Part shown: piece after piece, positions 46,055-55,332 of the stretch | Layout: the number at the start of each line of letters is the position of its first letter | How positions within the stretch are numbered: the stretch's first letter is position 1 | DNA from: a virus | DNA length: 64,000 bases | Direction: 5' to 3' (one strand) | IMG/VR virus record: IMGVR_UViG_3300044641_005643 | Translations under genes and position numbers: made by a program | Notes under the pieces: generated by a model | Told to the model about the DNA's origin: nothing | What the model saw: only the letters and a program-made list of their open reading frames with translations | The model's database searches: none

Positions 46055-48305
46055 TTTCGTCTATTCTATGTTTGAAGTCAGCTGCTACCGGTTGAAATAC
46101 AAATTTGCTATCCACACAATCAACTACTATAGTGGCATTGGGCATGATAGCTTCGAACAAAATCTTTTTACTCAAAGGCACTTTGATTGATTCATTGATC
46201 TTTCTTTGCAAAGGTCTTGCACCCATCTTGCTATCAAAACCATTCAGGATCAATTCATCCACTGCCTGTTCTGTAAGTCGCACACGCAACTGTTTGTCAA
46301 GTAGCAGTTCATTTAGTTCATTGATAAATTTATTCACAATCTTGCGCATGCTGAGTTGGTCAAGCTTGCTGAATTTTACTACGCCATCCAATCTGTTTCT
46401 GAACTCGGGTTTAAAGAAGTCTTTGACAGCTCGGTCATCTTCACCTTCGCGTTCCAAGGCAGTGGTAAATCCAATGGTGTTTCTATCGTTGTCTGCCGCC
46501 CCAAGATTACTTGTTAAAATAATTATTGCGTTTCTGCAATCGGCTTTTTTGCCATTGCTGCTGGTAACTGAACCTTCATCCATCATTTGCAACAGCACGT
46601 TGCTGACATCTGGGTGTGCTTTTTCTATTTCATCCATAAGGATGATACAGTTGGGATTCTTTTCAATGTCGGATATCAACAATCCACCACCCAAGTTGCC
46701 ATCATCATAACCCACATATCCGGGCGGAGCACCAATCAGCTTGGCCACGGTATGACGTTCTTGATATTCACTCATGTCATAACGTAACAGTTTCATACCA
46801 AGTGTTTCTGACAGCAGTTTGGCCAATTCTGTTTTGCCTGTGCCTGTGGGGCCTAGGAACAAGAAATTGCCAATGGGCTTGTTGATTGATTTGAGTCCGG
46901 CCTTGCTCACATAGATTTTTTCTAGCACTGTATCTACAGCCCGATCCTGACCGTACAACCTATCCTTGATCCGGTGTTCTAGATAATCTACACCTGCACT
47001 GTCTGTACCGGCCTGCACGCCAATTTGATCCACTGGAATTTTGGTAATTCTACTGATGGCATTCACAATGTCTCGCTTGCCAATTGACCATACCGTGTGT
47101 TTGATTCTATTCTTCGCACAGCAGGCATCGATTAGGTCAATGGCCTTGTCGGGCAATTTTTTATCAGTTTGATATCTCACTGACAAATCAACTGCTGCGT
47201 CAATGGCGTCATCGTAAATGGTGCCACCATGGAAATCCTCAAAGTTGAATCGCAAACCACGCAAAATTTCTTTGGCAATTTCTGGCGTGGGTTCATCAAT
47301 GGTCACACGCTGGAACCTACGCATGAGTGCGCGGTCTTTCTCAAAGCTTTGTGTGTATTCTTCCCACGTGGTGCTGGCAATTACTTTGATCTTGCCTTTG
47401 CTGAGTGCAGGCTTGATCATGTTGGCTAGATCCACGCTGCTCTGACTGCCTGCACCGGCACCACGCATTTGATGCGCTTCATCAATGAAAAGAATCGTCT
47501 TGCCTTTTACGTTAAGAGCAGACAAAATTTCTTGTATCTTTTCTTCAAAGTCGCCTCTATATTTGCTGCCAGCCAACAGGCTACCAATATCTAGGTTATA
47601 CACAGTGTAATCGTAAAGATATTCGGGCACAGTTTTGGTCACTATTGATAATGCTAATCCTTCAGCAATAGCAGTTTTACCCACACCGGGATCGCCTACC
47701 ATAAGCACATTGGATTTATTTCTTCGTGCCAGTATTTCTACTATGTCATTGAGTTCTTGTGTGCGACCAATCACAGGATCAATCTTGCCGTCAGTGGCCT
47801 GCTTGTTGAGATTTTCGCAATAGTGATCCAACACTTTGTCGGCTCGATTGGTAGTTGCTATACTCTTTCTGGCATCGGACTTGTAGCTTTTGTTGTAGAT
47901 TTCAACCAGTTTGGCTCGATCAAGATTGTACTTGCTCATGAAGTAATGAGCATAGCTGTTTGATTCGGCATGAATGCTCAAAAACAAATCCATCAACTCA
48001 ATGTGTGTTCTAGCACTGAATAACACTTGTGTAAATGCCCGATTAAAAACACGTTCCAATGCATGTGTTTTTTTGGGTTCCTGTTCATCCACAATCAAGT
48101 TGGTGGCCTGTAACAGGTATGATTCTAGTTCGGCATCAAGACTGCCAACATCTGCACCAAATTGGGTCAAAAGGTCTTTGAACGGATCAAATCTGATCAT
48201 TGACAAGAACACATGTTCCAGTGTCACGTACTCGTGACTGAGGGTCTTGGCCAGTTCGGTGGCTTCGGCCACAATATGATCAATTTCGGGATTGGTTTGC
48301 AGCAT
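46014..48305 (-). CDS. clpA: ATP-dependent Clp chaperone ClpA
   Basis: Clp-N HEY.TLEH, GDPGVGKT, GSKYRGDFE, LFIDEAH, GPTGTGKT, DMSEYQE, MGARP. Confidence 0.93.
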   Translation of the reverse strand: MLQTNPEIDHIVAEATELAKTLSHEYVTLEHVFLSMIRFDPFKDLLTQFGADVGSLDAELESYLLQATNLIVDEQEPKKTHALERVFNRAFTQVLFSARTHIELMDLFLSIHAESNSYAHYFMSKYNLDRAKLVEIYNKSYKSDARKSIATTNRADKVLDHYCENLNKQATDGKIDPVIGRTQELNDIVEILARRNKSNVLMVGDPGVGKTAIAEGLALSIVTKTVPEYLYDYTVYNLDIGSLLAGSKYRGDFEEKIQEILSALNVKGKTILFIDEAHQMRGAGAGSQSSVDLANMIKPALSKGKIKVIASTTWEEYTQSFEKDRALMRRFQRVTIDEPTPEIAKEILRGLRFNFEDFHGGTIYDDAIDAAVDLSVRYQTDKKLPDKAIDLIDACCAKNRIKHTVWSIGKRDIVNAISRITKIPVDQIGVQAGTDSAGVDYLEHRIKDRLYGQDRAVDTVLEKIYVSKAGLKSINKPIGNFLFLGPTGTGKTELAKLLSETLGMKLLRYDMSEYQERHTVAKLIGAPPGYVGYDDGNLGGGLLISDIEKNPNCIILMDEIEKAHPDVSNVLLQMMDEGSVTSSNGKKADCRNAIIILTSNLGAADNDRNTIGFTTALEREGEDDRAVKDFFKPEFRNRLDGVVKFSKLDQLSMRKIVNKFINELNELLLDKQLRVRLTEQAVDELILNGFDSKMGARPLQRKINESIKVPLSKKILFEAIMPNATIVVDCVDSKFVFQPVAADFKHRIDENGYIVLEEPIAQY

Positions 48306-48313
48306 AAAAATAT

Positions 48314-49180
48314 TTATTGAATGTTGAATAGATTTCTAATACCCTGTTGCTGCTCTGGGGTAAGGTCGGTAGCTACTGTTATTTTAACATTGATTAAGAG
48401 ATTGCCCCTAACGTTTTGGTTCATTGCATACAGGCCTTGTTCGGCCAATCTAAAACGAGTGCCTGGCTGTGTGCCAGCTGGTATGTTGATGTCAAATCGT
48501 TTGCCATCTAGTCCGGCGACTGTGACTGAGCCACCTACCATGGCCAGCACACAGTCTATGTCAATGTTTTTGTGTAAATCTATATTATCTACACCAAATT
48601 CTGAATTGGCTTCGATATTGACTTTGACATACAGATCGCCTCTGGGCAATGATGCAAAGAAGTTGTCACCCAGGCCGGAATATTTTACAGTGCTGCTGGG
48701 TCTAACACCACGTGGTATTTTGACTTCTACAGGATAGGTATCACCATTGCTGGTGCGCACGTTTATGACCTTGGTCTGCTCTTGCAATGTGCTGGCTAGA
48801 CTCACTATCAATTCTATCTGTAAATCTTTGTTTCGCCTTGGTTGTCTAAAAACATTGAATGGATCTGCGTTGTTTGCAAAGCCAGATCCAAAAGCAAAAC
48901 CAAAGTTTCTCAACATCTCTTCCATTTCGTGCGGCATGCCTGAGCCCACGTCCTGTCCATTTACACTGAAACGGAATCCGCCCATGCCACGACGTTCGGC
49001 ATCGTATTGTGCTCTGCGATTGTCGTCGCTCAATGTTTCGTATGCAGATTGTATTTGTTGGAATCGATTGGTGTCACCGCCTTTGTCGGGATGATGTTGA
49101 TTGGCCAATTTACGATAGGCCTTTTTGATTTCATCCTGATTGGCAGATTCTGAAACGCCTAAGGTGTCGTAATGAGTCAT
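48314..49180 (-). CDS. DnaJ/CbpA-type co-chaperone (no zinc finger)
   Basis: J domain with HPD; G/F-rich region; C-terminal GDLYV, PAGTQPG. Confidence 0.92.
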   Translation of the reverse strand: MTHYDTLGVSESANQDEIKKAYRKLANQHHPDKGGDTNRFQQIQSAYETLSDDNRRAQYDAERRGMGGFRFSVNGQDVGSGMPHEMEEMLRNFGFAFGSGFANNADPFNVFRQPRRNKDLQIELIVSLASTLQEQTKVINVRTSNGDTYPVEVKIPRGVRPSSTVKYSGLGDNFFASLPRGDLYVKVNIEANSEFGVDNIDLHKNIDIDCVLAMVGGSVTVAGLDGKRFDINIPAGTQPGTRFRLAEQGLYAMNQNVRGNLLINVKITVATDLTPEQQQGIRNLFNIQ

Positions 49181-49186
49181 GATACA

Positions 49187-49215
49187 ATTATATACCTTTC
49201 GCTTGTGTTTGTCAA
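49187..49215 (-). promoter_or_regulatory. consensus sigma70 promoter, leaderless start
   Basis: TTGACA-N17-TATAAT, ATG 6 nt downstream. Confidence 0.75.
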
Positions 49216-49242
49216 ACAAAAAGAGCCCACGAATGGGCTCTT
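49214..49242 (-). terminator. intrinsic terminator after the lysis cassette
   Basis: AAGAGCCCA-TTCG-TGGGCTCTT followed by TTTGTT. Confidence 0.85.
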
Positions 49243-49261
49243 ATGTTTTGGTTGTGTTTAA

Positions 49262-49459
49262 TTACTTCTTGCCGCTGTCTTTTTTTGCATCTTCAATCTT
49301 AGTACCTTCTAACTTCTTGTGTACCTTGATTGTTTTGCAAACTTCTTTTTCTTTGTTGGTTTTGTTATCAAATTCTTTGACACAAACCCGCTTTTCTTCG
49401 GCTGCATAAACACTGGTCAGTGCCATTACGCCAATCATTAATGCTACGAAATAATTCAT
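49262..49459 (-). CDS. small secreted protein
   Basis: Signal peptide, two Cys, Lys-rich. Confidence 0.7.
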   Translation of the reverse strand: MNYFVALMIGVMALTSVYAAEEKRVCVKEFDNKTNKEKEVCKTIKVHKKLEGTKIEDAKKDSGKK

Positions 49460-49683
49460 TTTGGAATACCCTTTTTAGTAAATTTTTCTGATGCTGTGAA
49501 TCCTAGTCCGCCTAACACAATGTACATGATAGCATCAAAGGTTTGCGGACTTACTTTTTTTTCAAAAAACAACTCAGCGAGAAAACCAATCATGATCAGT
49601 AAAAAAGCCAAAAATGTGATGACTCTTTTACTGCTGGGATTACTCTCGCTTTCTCCAGAAAGCATTTTAATTAAAAAATGCAT
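49456..49683 (-). CDS. holin-like two-TM protein
   Basis: PSSKR then 2 TM helices, basic C-terminus; in the lysis cluster. Confidence 0.5.
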   Translation of the reverse strand: MHFLIKMLSGESESNPSSKRVITFLAFLLIMIGFLAELFFEKKVSPQTFDAIMYIVLGGLGFTASEKFTKKGIPK

Positions 49684-50198
49684 TATCTCTCTGGATGATC
49701 TGGTTGCACTGGTGCTTCTTTACCGCCAAATCCTCCACCTACCGACGGAGTAAAACTGGCTAGTGCAGCGTCGGCCAATGATGCTAGTGGTGCAGGTTCT
49801 GCTGCTCCAAATGCTGCTGGTGCTGCTGCTACACCAAAATCTCCCAACGTTGGTTCAATTCTGCCAGGTGCAGGCGCTGGTGTTGGTGCAGGCGGAGGAG
49901 TATAAGGTTTATTGGCAGCTTCTATTGCCTTGGCTCTCAATTCTTTGTCATCACCGGCCAACATGATACCTGACAATGTACCAGTCAAGAATGTGGCAAT
50001 AGGAATAATAAGTTCAAAGAATTTATTATCAACCGGACTCATACCGTTCATGGGCTGTGTTACAAAAATTAGGCTATACAATACAACAAAAACAATACCA
50101 AACAATGTTAAACCTAGTACAATACCAATAAAGAATTTTAATCTAACATTCAGTTCTTCGGTTGTGTATCTTGGTCCTTCCCAAATATCTTTAATCAT
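49683..50198 (-). CDS. two-TM membrane protein with a Pro/Ala-rich tail
   Basis: Two hydrophobic helices; lysis cluster. Confidence 0.65.
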   Translation of the reverse strand: MIKDIWEGPRYTTEELNVRLKFFIGIVLGLTLFGIVFVVLYSLIFVTQPMNGMSPVDNKFFELIIPIATFLTGTLSGIMLAGDDKELRAKAIEAANKPYTPPPAPTPAPAPGRIEPTLGDFGVAAAPAAFGAAEPAPLASLADAALASFTPSVGGGFGGKEAPVQPDHPER

Positions 50199-50437
50199 TT
50201 ACATTCTCCTTTTTTAGGTGCAGGTGCAGCGGGGGCAAAACTGTTGCCGGTCTGACCGCCTGCTTTGTCTTTTTCATATGGTGTTAGGTCTTCTGGGCAA
50301 GTGCCGTTAGCACTGCAAAATGGCTTCTTACATTCCTTTTTGTCCCAGTTGTCAGGATCTTGACAAGGATATCTATATCTCTCCTGACAAGCCACCAATA
50401 ACGGAAGTGCTAGTAGTAGAAATAGATATCTCATCAA
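50195..50437 (-). CDS. Cys-rich lipoprotein
   Basis: LVAC lipobox; RYPCQDP.NW...C..P.C...G.C. Confidence 0.7.
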   Translation of the reverse strand: MMRYLFLLLALPLLVACQERYRYPCQDPDNWDKKECKKPFCSANGTCPEDLTPYEKDKAGGQTGNSFAPAAPAPKKGECK

Positions 50438-51051
50438 TGAACTCCTAACACATGAAGCGCATGGTTGTAGTGTTTGATTCTATCATCTAGTCCAATAAAG
50501 CCGCCATTGATTTTGCGAGTCATGGTTTTGATATCACCGGCATCGGCTTCTTTGTTTAGTTTGTTGGTTTCCCAGAACCAGCAGGCACTTTGTGCTGCAC
50601 CCTCAAAGGTCTGCGTGTATTCAGCTGCCTCTTCGGCTGAGATTTCTAAACTGGCTGCAAACCAAGTGTAGTTTGTTTTTCCAGTCAATTGAATCAAGCC
50701 ACGACCACGATAGCGCCAGCCATCGCCCGACGCTTCATCACCGTTGCCCATTCTGTTGGCATAGATTCTGTTGGCAATTTTTTCTGGCTTCTTCTCGTAG
50801 GCCTTGGCTGTGGGCATGTCTTTAAAATATTTGCCAAAGATCTTCATCAAGCTTTCGGCTTTGTAATTCAAGTTTTCTGTAAGGAAAACAAAATTACCTG
50901 ATTCATGAGCACACTGTGCTATGAATGCTGCAATACGCTGCGGAGTATTGATTTCGTAATCCGGCAACAATTGACTCAAGGCATTGTGCCAATAGTCAAT
51001 GTATGGATTTTTAGGTAGTAATTCTCTCAACTGCTGTTTGGTTAATTCCAT
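50434..51051 (-). CDS. GH19 (chitinase-like) endolysin
   Basis: AAFIAQCAHES, ENLNY, YANRMGNG...GDGWRYRGRGLIQLTG..NY, INGG..G..DR. Confidence 0.92.
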   Translation of the reverse strand: MELTKQQLRELLPKNPYIDYWHNALSQLLPDYEINTPQRIAAFIAQCAHESGNFVFLTENLNYKAESLMKIFGKYFKDMPTAKAYEKKPEKIANRIYANRMGNGDEASGDGWRYRGRGLIQLTGKTNYTWFAASLEISAEEAAEYTQTFEGAAQSACWFWETNKLNKEADAGDIKTMTRKINGGFIGLDDRIKHYNHALHVLGVH

Positions 51052-51112
51052 TCCGGCTCCTTTTATCGATTGTGTTTGCCGCCACATACGGGGCAGGTTT
51101 CTTGTTGTTGCA

Positions 51113-51379
51113 TCACTTTACTTCCTCAAATATCTTTTTTTGTTTTGTGTGCCACTCGTTCCAGCCTTGTACCTTTTGAGCGCAGGCATAATATTCGGTA
51201 TAATTTTCTACTACCACCTTGTGTAAATCCACAATAGAAACTGAGTCGCCTTCAATTTTTTTAAGTTCCGGGCAACTGGCTTTTAACGATGGTGGTGCTT
51301 CGGGAAATTTGGCAACTACAGGTACAGTAGTAGAACAGCCAGTTAATAGTAATAAAATTAATATGCTAGATAATTTCAT
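51113..51379 (-). CDS. o-spanin (Rz1-like lipoprotein)
   Basis: LLTGC lipobox, P..P..L...CP, NY..Y..C. Confidence 0.75.
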   Translation of the reverse strand: MKLSSILILLLLTGCSTTVPVVAKFPEAPPSLKASCPELKKIEGDSVSIVDLHKVVVENYTEYYACAQKVQGWNEWHTKQKKIFEEVK

Positions 51380-51888
51380 TTTGCCGCCGCCTTATTCTGT
51401 TCTTCCACAATAATTCTTGGCACAGGGCAAGATTTAATAGCATCTAATAATTCTTTTTGTCGTGCTTCAAATGCAGCACGCTCTTCTGCGCTCATGTCTT
51501 TGACTATTTCAGTGGTTTTGCCTTCTACCAACCTAGTGATATATTCAACTTGTTTTCGACCTTTTTCTCTAATCAGTTTTGTGCGTTCTACAGTCTTGGC
51601 TTCTAATTCACTATTAAGCTGTTTGCTTTTGGCTTCAGCAGCAGCCACCTTGGCTTCCATTTCTGCCACACGCTCGCGCCAGGCCATTTCTGTGCTGTAA
51701 CCACCGTACCAATACAATCCTGAACAAAATAGGATTATGGATACAATTTGTATTGGAAGTTTGTATTGACTGACAAACGGAAGTTTGCCGAGGAAAAAAC
51801 CCAATATTATACCTGCCAAGCCCACAAGCAGCATGGCATAGGTGATATAGAGAATTAAACTGTCAGGTAGTAAATGTAGTAGCCACAT
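51376..51888 (-). CDS. i-spanin (Rz-like)
   Basis: N-terminal TM helices, coiled coil, C-terminal CPVP; ATGA-coupled to the o-spanin. Confidence 0.7.
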   Translation of the reverse strand: MWLLHLLPDSLILYITYAMLLVGLAGIILGFFLGKLPFVSQYKLPIQIVSIILFCSGLYWYGGYSTEMAWRERVAEMEAKVAAAEAKSKQLNSELEAKTVERTKLIREKGRKQVEYITRLVEGKTTEIVKDMSAEERAAFEARQKELLDAIKSCPVPRIIVEEQNKAAAK

Positions 51889-51931
51889 AATAAACTGTTA
51901 ATCGAAACTAACAGTATTTATGTGATTTTGG

Positions 51932-52480
51932 TTAAAGAATGCCTGCTAGGCTTCTAATTGATTGAGTATGATCATTGACAGGGGCTCGAGTGGTCACTTT
52001 TACACCTGCTGCTGTACGCATCTCATCCAGCCCTTTTTTGCCATATTGAGCTTGATATGCGCTGGTTGTTAGCGGAACATTGTTTTTGATAGTGTCTGCT
52101 GACAGTTCTAGTTTTTCTGGTCGCGATCTTATTTGAACACTCCAGTCGCTCATTTTTTGACTAGTTAAATTCAGTATGTCTTTCAGCATTGCTACGATGT
52201 TTTCTGCTGCGCCTGGCTCACGATCACATTCCACAAATACTAGATAATCACCGTCATCGAGTTCTCCGGCACTTACATCAGCATCAAGTACCCACTCGTA
52301 GCCTTTTTCGATGAAATTGACTAGATCTTCTGCTGGCTCACGTCCAGTCACTTTAAAACTTAGTACCAAAATATCTTCATCCTTGCCCATTTTGCTTTTG
52401 TACTCGTCAATGTGCAATTCTGGATGTACCAGTCTAGCCAAATCGTTTTGTTCTAGTCCTTCAGTGATATTTGCTGACAT
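51932..52480 (-). CDS. hypothetical protein
   Basis: AAGGA SD before MSANIT; HIDEYKSKMG. Confidence 0.75.
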   Translation of the reverse strand: MSANITEGLEQNDLARLVHPELHIDEYKSKMGKDEDILVLSFKVTGREPAEDLVNFIEKGYEWVLDADVSAGELDDGDYLVFVECDREPGAAENIVAMLKDILNLTSQKMSDWSVQIRSRPEKLELSADTIKNNVPLTTSAYQAQYGKKGLDEMRTAAGVKVTTRAPVNDHTQSIRSLAGIL

Positions 52481-52481
52481 T

Positions 52482-53018
52482 TTAAATTCCTTGAGCTGCT
52501 TGTGCAGGTGCTTGGGCATCTGTTTTGTACATGTTATCGTCAAGTCCTTCTTCATAGGCAGACTCCATTTCTTCTACATCCACAGTACCTGATTCCAGTT
52601 CCAAACTACCTTGATTGATTTCCTGCATCAGTTTCTTGGGCATGACAATTTCAACAAGCCATATAGGAGTTTTTGCCAATTTAGGAACTCTAGTACCGGG
52701 CTGAAAATCGTTTTGATCTTTGACCTTGATAGGATATTCTAGTATGTCTTTTTTGTACTTGATTTCGCAACCATAATCTAGCAGACGTTCGCCACCTCTT
52801 GGATCAGGCATTTTTTTATAGGGCCACATAAATGTACAAACCACAAAGTATTTTTCGTACTTTGGGCCTTGTACCAGCTCGCCGCGCTTCCAGTTAGCAA
52901 ATGCGTAGATGTCTAACCCGTCAATCACACGCTCAAAATCTAATAGTGTATTGACTGCGCTATCAGTCAATGAAATATCTTTAATATTTTCTAGTACATC
53001 GTTTATATTTGTAGCCAT
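52482..53018 (-). CDS. hypothetical protein
   Basis: LLDFERV.D..D.Y.F.NW..GE...GP; TAAATA at 53037-53042. Confidence 0.8.
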   Translation of the reverse strand: MATNINDVLENIKDISLTDSAVNTLLDFERVIDGLDIYAFANWKRGELVQGPKYEKYFVVCTFMWPYKKMPDPRGGERLLDYGCEIKYKKDILEYPIKVKDQNDFQPGTRVPKLAKTPIWLVEIVMPKKLMQEINQGSLELESGTVDVEEMESAYEEGLDDNMYKTDAQAPAQAAQGI

Positions 53019-53245
53019 ATAACTTCCAATATAAGTTATTTAGCGAATCAAGATTTGATTTCTAAATTGAAATTTTATAAGGTTTAAGCCTAGCTTAATA
53101 CTTAGTGTGTAATTTAATCCATAAAAACACAATTTAAGCCCTTGTTCTACAAATTAAATAGAAGCGTGGACTTGATAAAAAAGGTTGCCAAGCCCACTAC
53201 AGGGACAAGGCAATGACGGATCCACCAACCATAAAGGAGGAAGTC

Positions 53246-53962
53246 TTGAGCAAGCGCCGTAAAAGCGAAGCAGCACAATTGCAAGTAGTACAAATAGATT
53301 CATACCAAAAACAACGCCGTACCATTCAATTAATTCCCAAAAGCGTCAATCAAGAAACTTACATAGATCTTTTACAAAATCCACAACGCCTAATAGTTTT
53401 TGCCGCAGGTCCGGCAGGCACAGGAAAAACTATGCTGGCTGTGTTGGCTGCGTTACAAGCATTTAGAGCAGGCGAATGTTCTAAAATTGTTATAACCAGA
53501 CCCGCAGTAGGCGTTGATGACGAGCAACACGGATTTTTGCCGGGCACACTTAATCAAAAAATGGAACCATGGACTAGACCAATTTTTGACATCATAGAGG
53601 AATATTATAGACCACAAGAGGTATCGCGTCTGCTAGAAGAAAAATATATTGAGATTGCTCCACTAGCATACATGCGAGGGCGGACATTTAAAAATTCGTG
53701 GATTATTGCAGATGAGATGCAAAACGCGACACCAAGTCAGATGAAAATGCTGCTAACTCGACTCGGCGAAAACTCCAAGATGGTTGTAACAGGAGACACC
53801 CAGCAGGCCGACCGTAGGGCCAAGGACAACGGATTATTGGACTTCCAAAAACTTGTAAAGAATTTTGATAGCCAATACATTGCTGGTGTGGAATTTGCAG
53901 TTCGCGATGTTAGAAGACATCCGGCTGTGAGCGAAGTTCTTAAATTGTACGGGGAGGTTTAA
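53246..53962 (+). CDS. phoH: PhoH-like ATPase
   Basis: GPAGTGKT, TRPAV, GFLPG, YMRGRTF, DEMQN, GD..Q.D; TTG start after AAGGAGG (alternative ATG 53213). Confidence 0.93.
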   Translation: MSKRRKSEAAQLQVVQIDSYQKQRRTIQLIPKSVNQETYIDLLQNPQRLIVFAAGPAGTGKTMLAVLAALQAFRAGECSKIVITRPAVGVDDEQHGFLPGTLNQKMEPWTRPIFDIIEEYYRPQEVSRLLEEKYIEIAPLAYMRGRTFKNSWIIADEMQNATPSQMKMLLTRLGENSKMVVTGDTQQADRRAKDNGLLDFQKLVKNFDSQYIAGVEFAVRDVRRHPAVSEVLKLYGEV

Positions 53963-54441
53963 AACAACTTATATAATTCGTGCAGGGTGGTGTCAATATT
54001 GGTATGATGAATAGCGATACCACCGGCTGCTTTCCATTCTATTATATTACTTTGGCGATCGTCAATTAGGATATCACCAGGACGACAGTGATGCCATTTA
54101 TCTTTGCTAAATGGCCCAAACATAACTGGTATGCCTTGAAAATGTTTTTGTGCCCACTCTACTTTGTCATAAAAGGCCCACGGTACATCGTTGCCTTTGG
54201 GAACTGCTGTTAAGAATGCATAGTCGTAATCTCGTTTTAAACAAAGCTTGATACATATACGAACTAATTCATCAGCATAGGGTGTCTTTATTAAGTCACG
54301 ATAAATGCGAGGATTTTGAGCTAATTGTTGCCATTTGTCGTTGGGATATACGCCAGCACTCGGGGGAAACCCTAACGTACGATGTGCATATTCGTCGAAG
54401 TCTGCTACAACTCCGTCCATATCTAAGTAAAGTGTATTCAA
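53959..54441 (-). CDS. HAD 5'(3')-deoxyribonucleotidase (NT5C-like)
   Basis: YLDMDGVVADF, FLTA, K..W, LIDD. Confidence 0.85.
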   Translation of the reverse strand: MNTLYLDMDGVVADFDEYAHRTLGFPPSAGVYPNDKWQQLAQNPRIYRDLIKTPYADELVRICIKLCLKRDYDYAFLTAVPKGNDVPWAFYDKVEWAQKHFQGIPVMFGPFSKDKWHHCRPGDILIDDRQSNIIEWKAAGGIAIHHTNIDTTLHELYKLF

Positions 54442-54672
54442 TTATTTTTTCAGTTTGTCATGCACTGCTTGTAGATAAACAGTTTGATTATTGAGCTTAT
54501 TTTGTAGAGATCTTACTGTGTCTCGAAGATTATGTATTTCGTGCTGCATACTAATTATAACGTTTTGTTGATCTCTAATTTTAACATCATGCGTCATCAA
54601 ATTGGGGCGCGGAGGTGCATTGGGATCCACTGCCCTTTTCTTTTTGACACGCATGGCTTTAAAAATATTCAT
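54442..54672 (-). CDS. hypothetical coiled-coil protein
   Basis: Coupled ORF. Confidence 0.65.
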   Translation of the reverse strand: MNIFKAMRVKKKRAVDPNAPPRPNLMTHDVKIRDQQNVIISMQHEIHNLRDTVRSLQNKLNNQTVYLQAVHDKLKK

Positions 54673-54992
54673 ACGTAATATTTATCGCCTGGAACACTTG
54701 GAAATTTCAGTGCTACAACTTTGGTGTCTTCTAGATAGCGGGCATGATATTCTTCGCCCGGCTCACTGACATAAATATCTCCTGGACCAAATTCTTCACC
54801 GTTGATTACCATCCTTCCTTCTGTAATCAATTGTACTTCGGTAATTATTTTATGCAGATGCGGCGTATCAATATTACCAGCTTTGTTTGTTGCCCAACAA
54901 CATTCAAAATTCTTGGTTCTGACTACTGCTTCAGGAAAGTCTCCTACGAACCAACCACGTGCGCCACTATTACTCAGTTTGTACTTTTTCAT
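54669..54992 (-). CDS. cupin-domain protein
   Basis: RGWFVGDF, HLHK..TE.....G.M.ING...GD....PGE.H. Confidence 0.75.
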   Translation of the reverse strand: MKKYKLSNSGARGWFVGDFPEAVVRTKNFECCWATNKAGNIDTPHLHKIITEVQLITEGRMVINGEEFGPGDIYVSEPGEEYHARYLEDTKVVALKFPSVPGDKYYV

Positions 54993-55332
54993 CTTTGAGT
55001 TCTGACTGCATTTGATCTAACATTTGATTGAAGTATTCTGCATCTAATTTGACCATGACTTCAGTAATGTATTTGTGATAGCCTTTAAAAAAATATTTAA
55101 AAAGTTCGTCAAAATTCTTTACATCATTGAATGAATTTTTATCCACAGTTTTGTTTGATAGATTGAGAATGATCTTGGCAGTATAAAGATCTTGATTTCT
55201 CAATCTGGTACTAATTTGCACACGTTCATCGTATTGATAATTGGCAGGATCTTTCATGTAGCCTGCAATGTGTGTTTTGCGAGGATCTCTTGGTCTTGTC
55301 ACATATTGTGCTACGAGGTAAATGTTTTTCAT
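54970..55332 (-). CDS. hypothetical protein
   Basis: Coupled to the clamp loader gene. Confidence 0.7.
   Translation of the reverse strand: MKNIYLVAQYVTRPRDPRKTHIAGYMKDPANYQYDERVQISTRLRNQDLYTAKIILNLSNKTVDKNSFNDVKNFDELFKYFFKGYHKYITEVMVKLDAEYFNQMLDQMQSELKDEKVQTE

Noticed and set aside
46105-46710. Long plus-strand ORFs antisense to real genes (also 5094-5513, 40118-40576, 43981-44505, 58902-59369)
   Set aside because: Shadow frames opposite well-supported minus-strand genes, with no SD or recognisable motifs
53040-53212. Replication origin or ncRNA in the AT-rich divergent intergenic region
   Set aside because: No iterons; explained by divergent TAAATA promoters and only a weak hairpin
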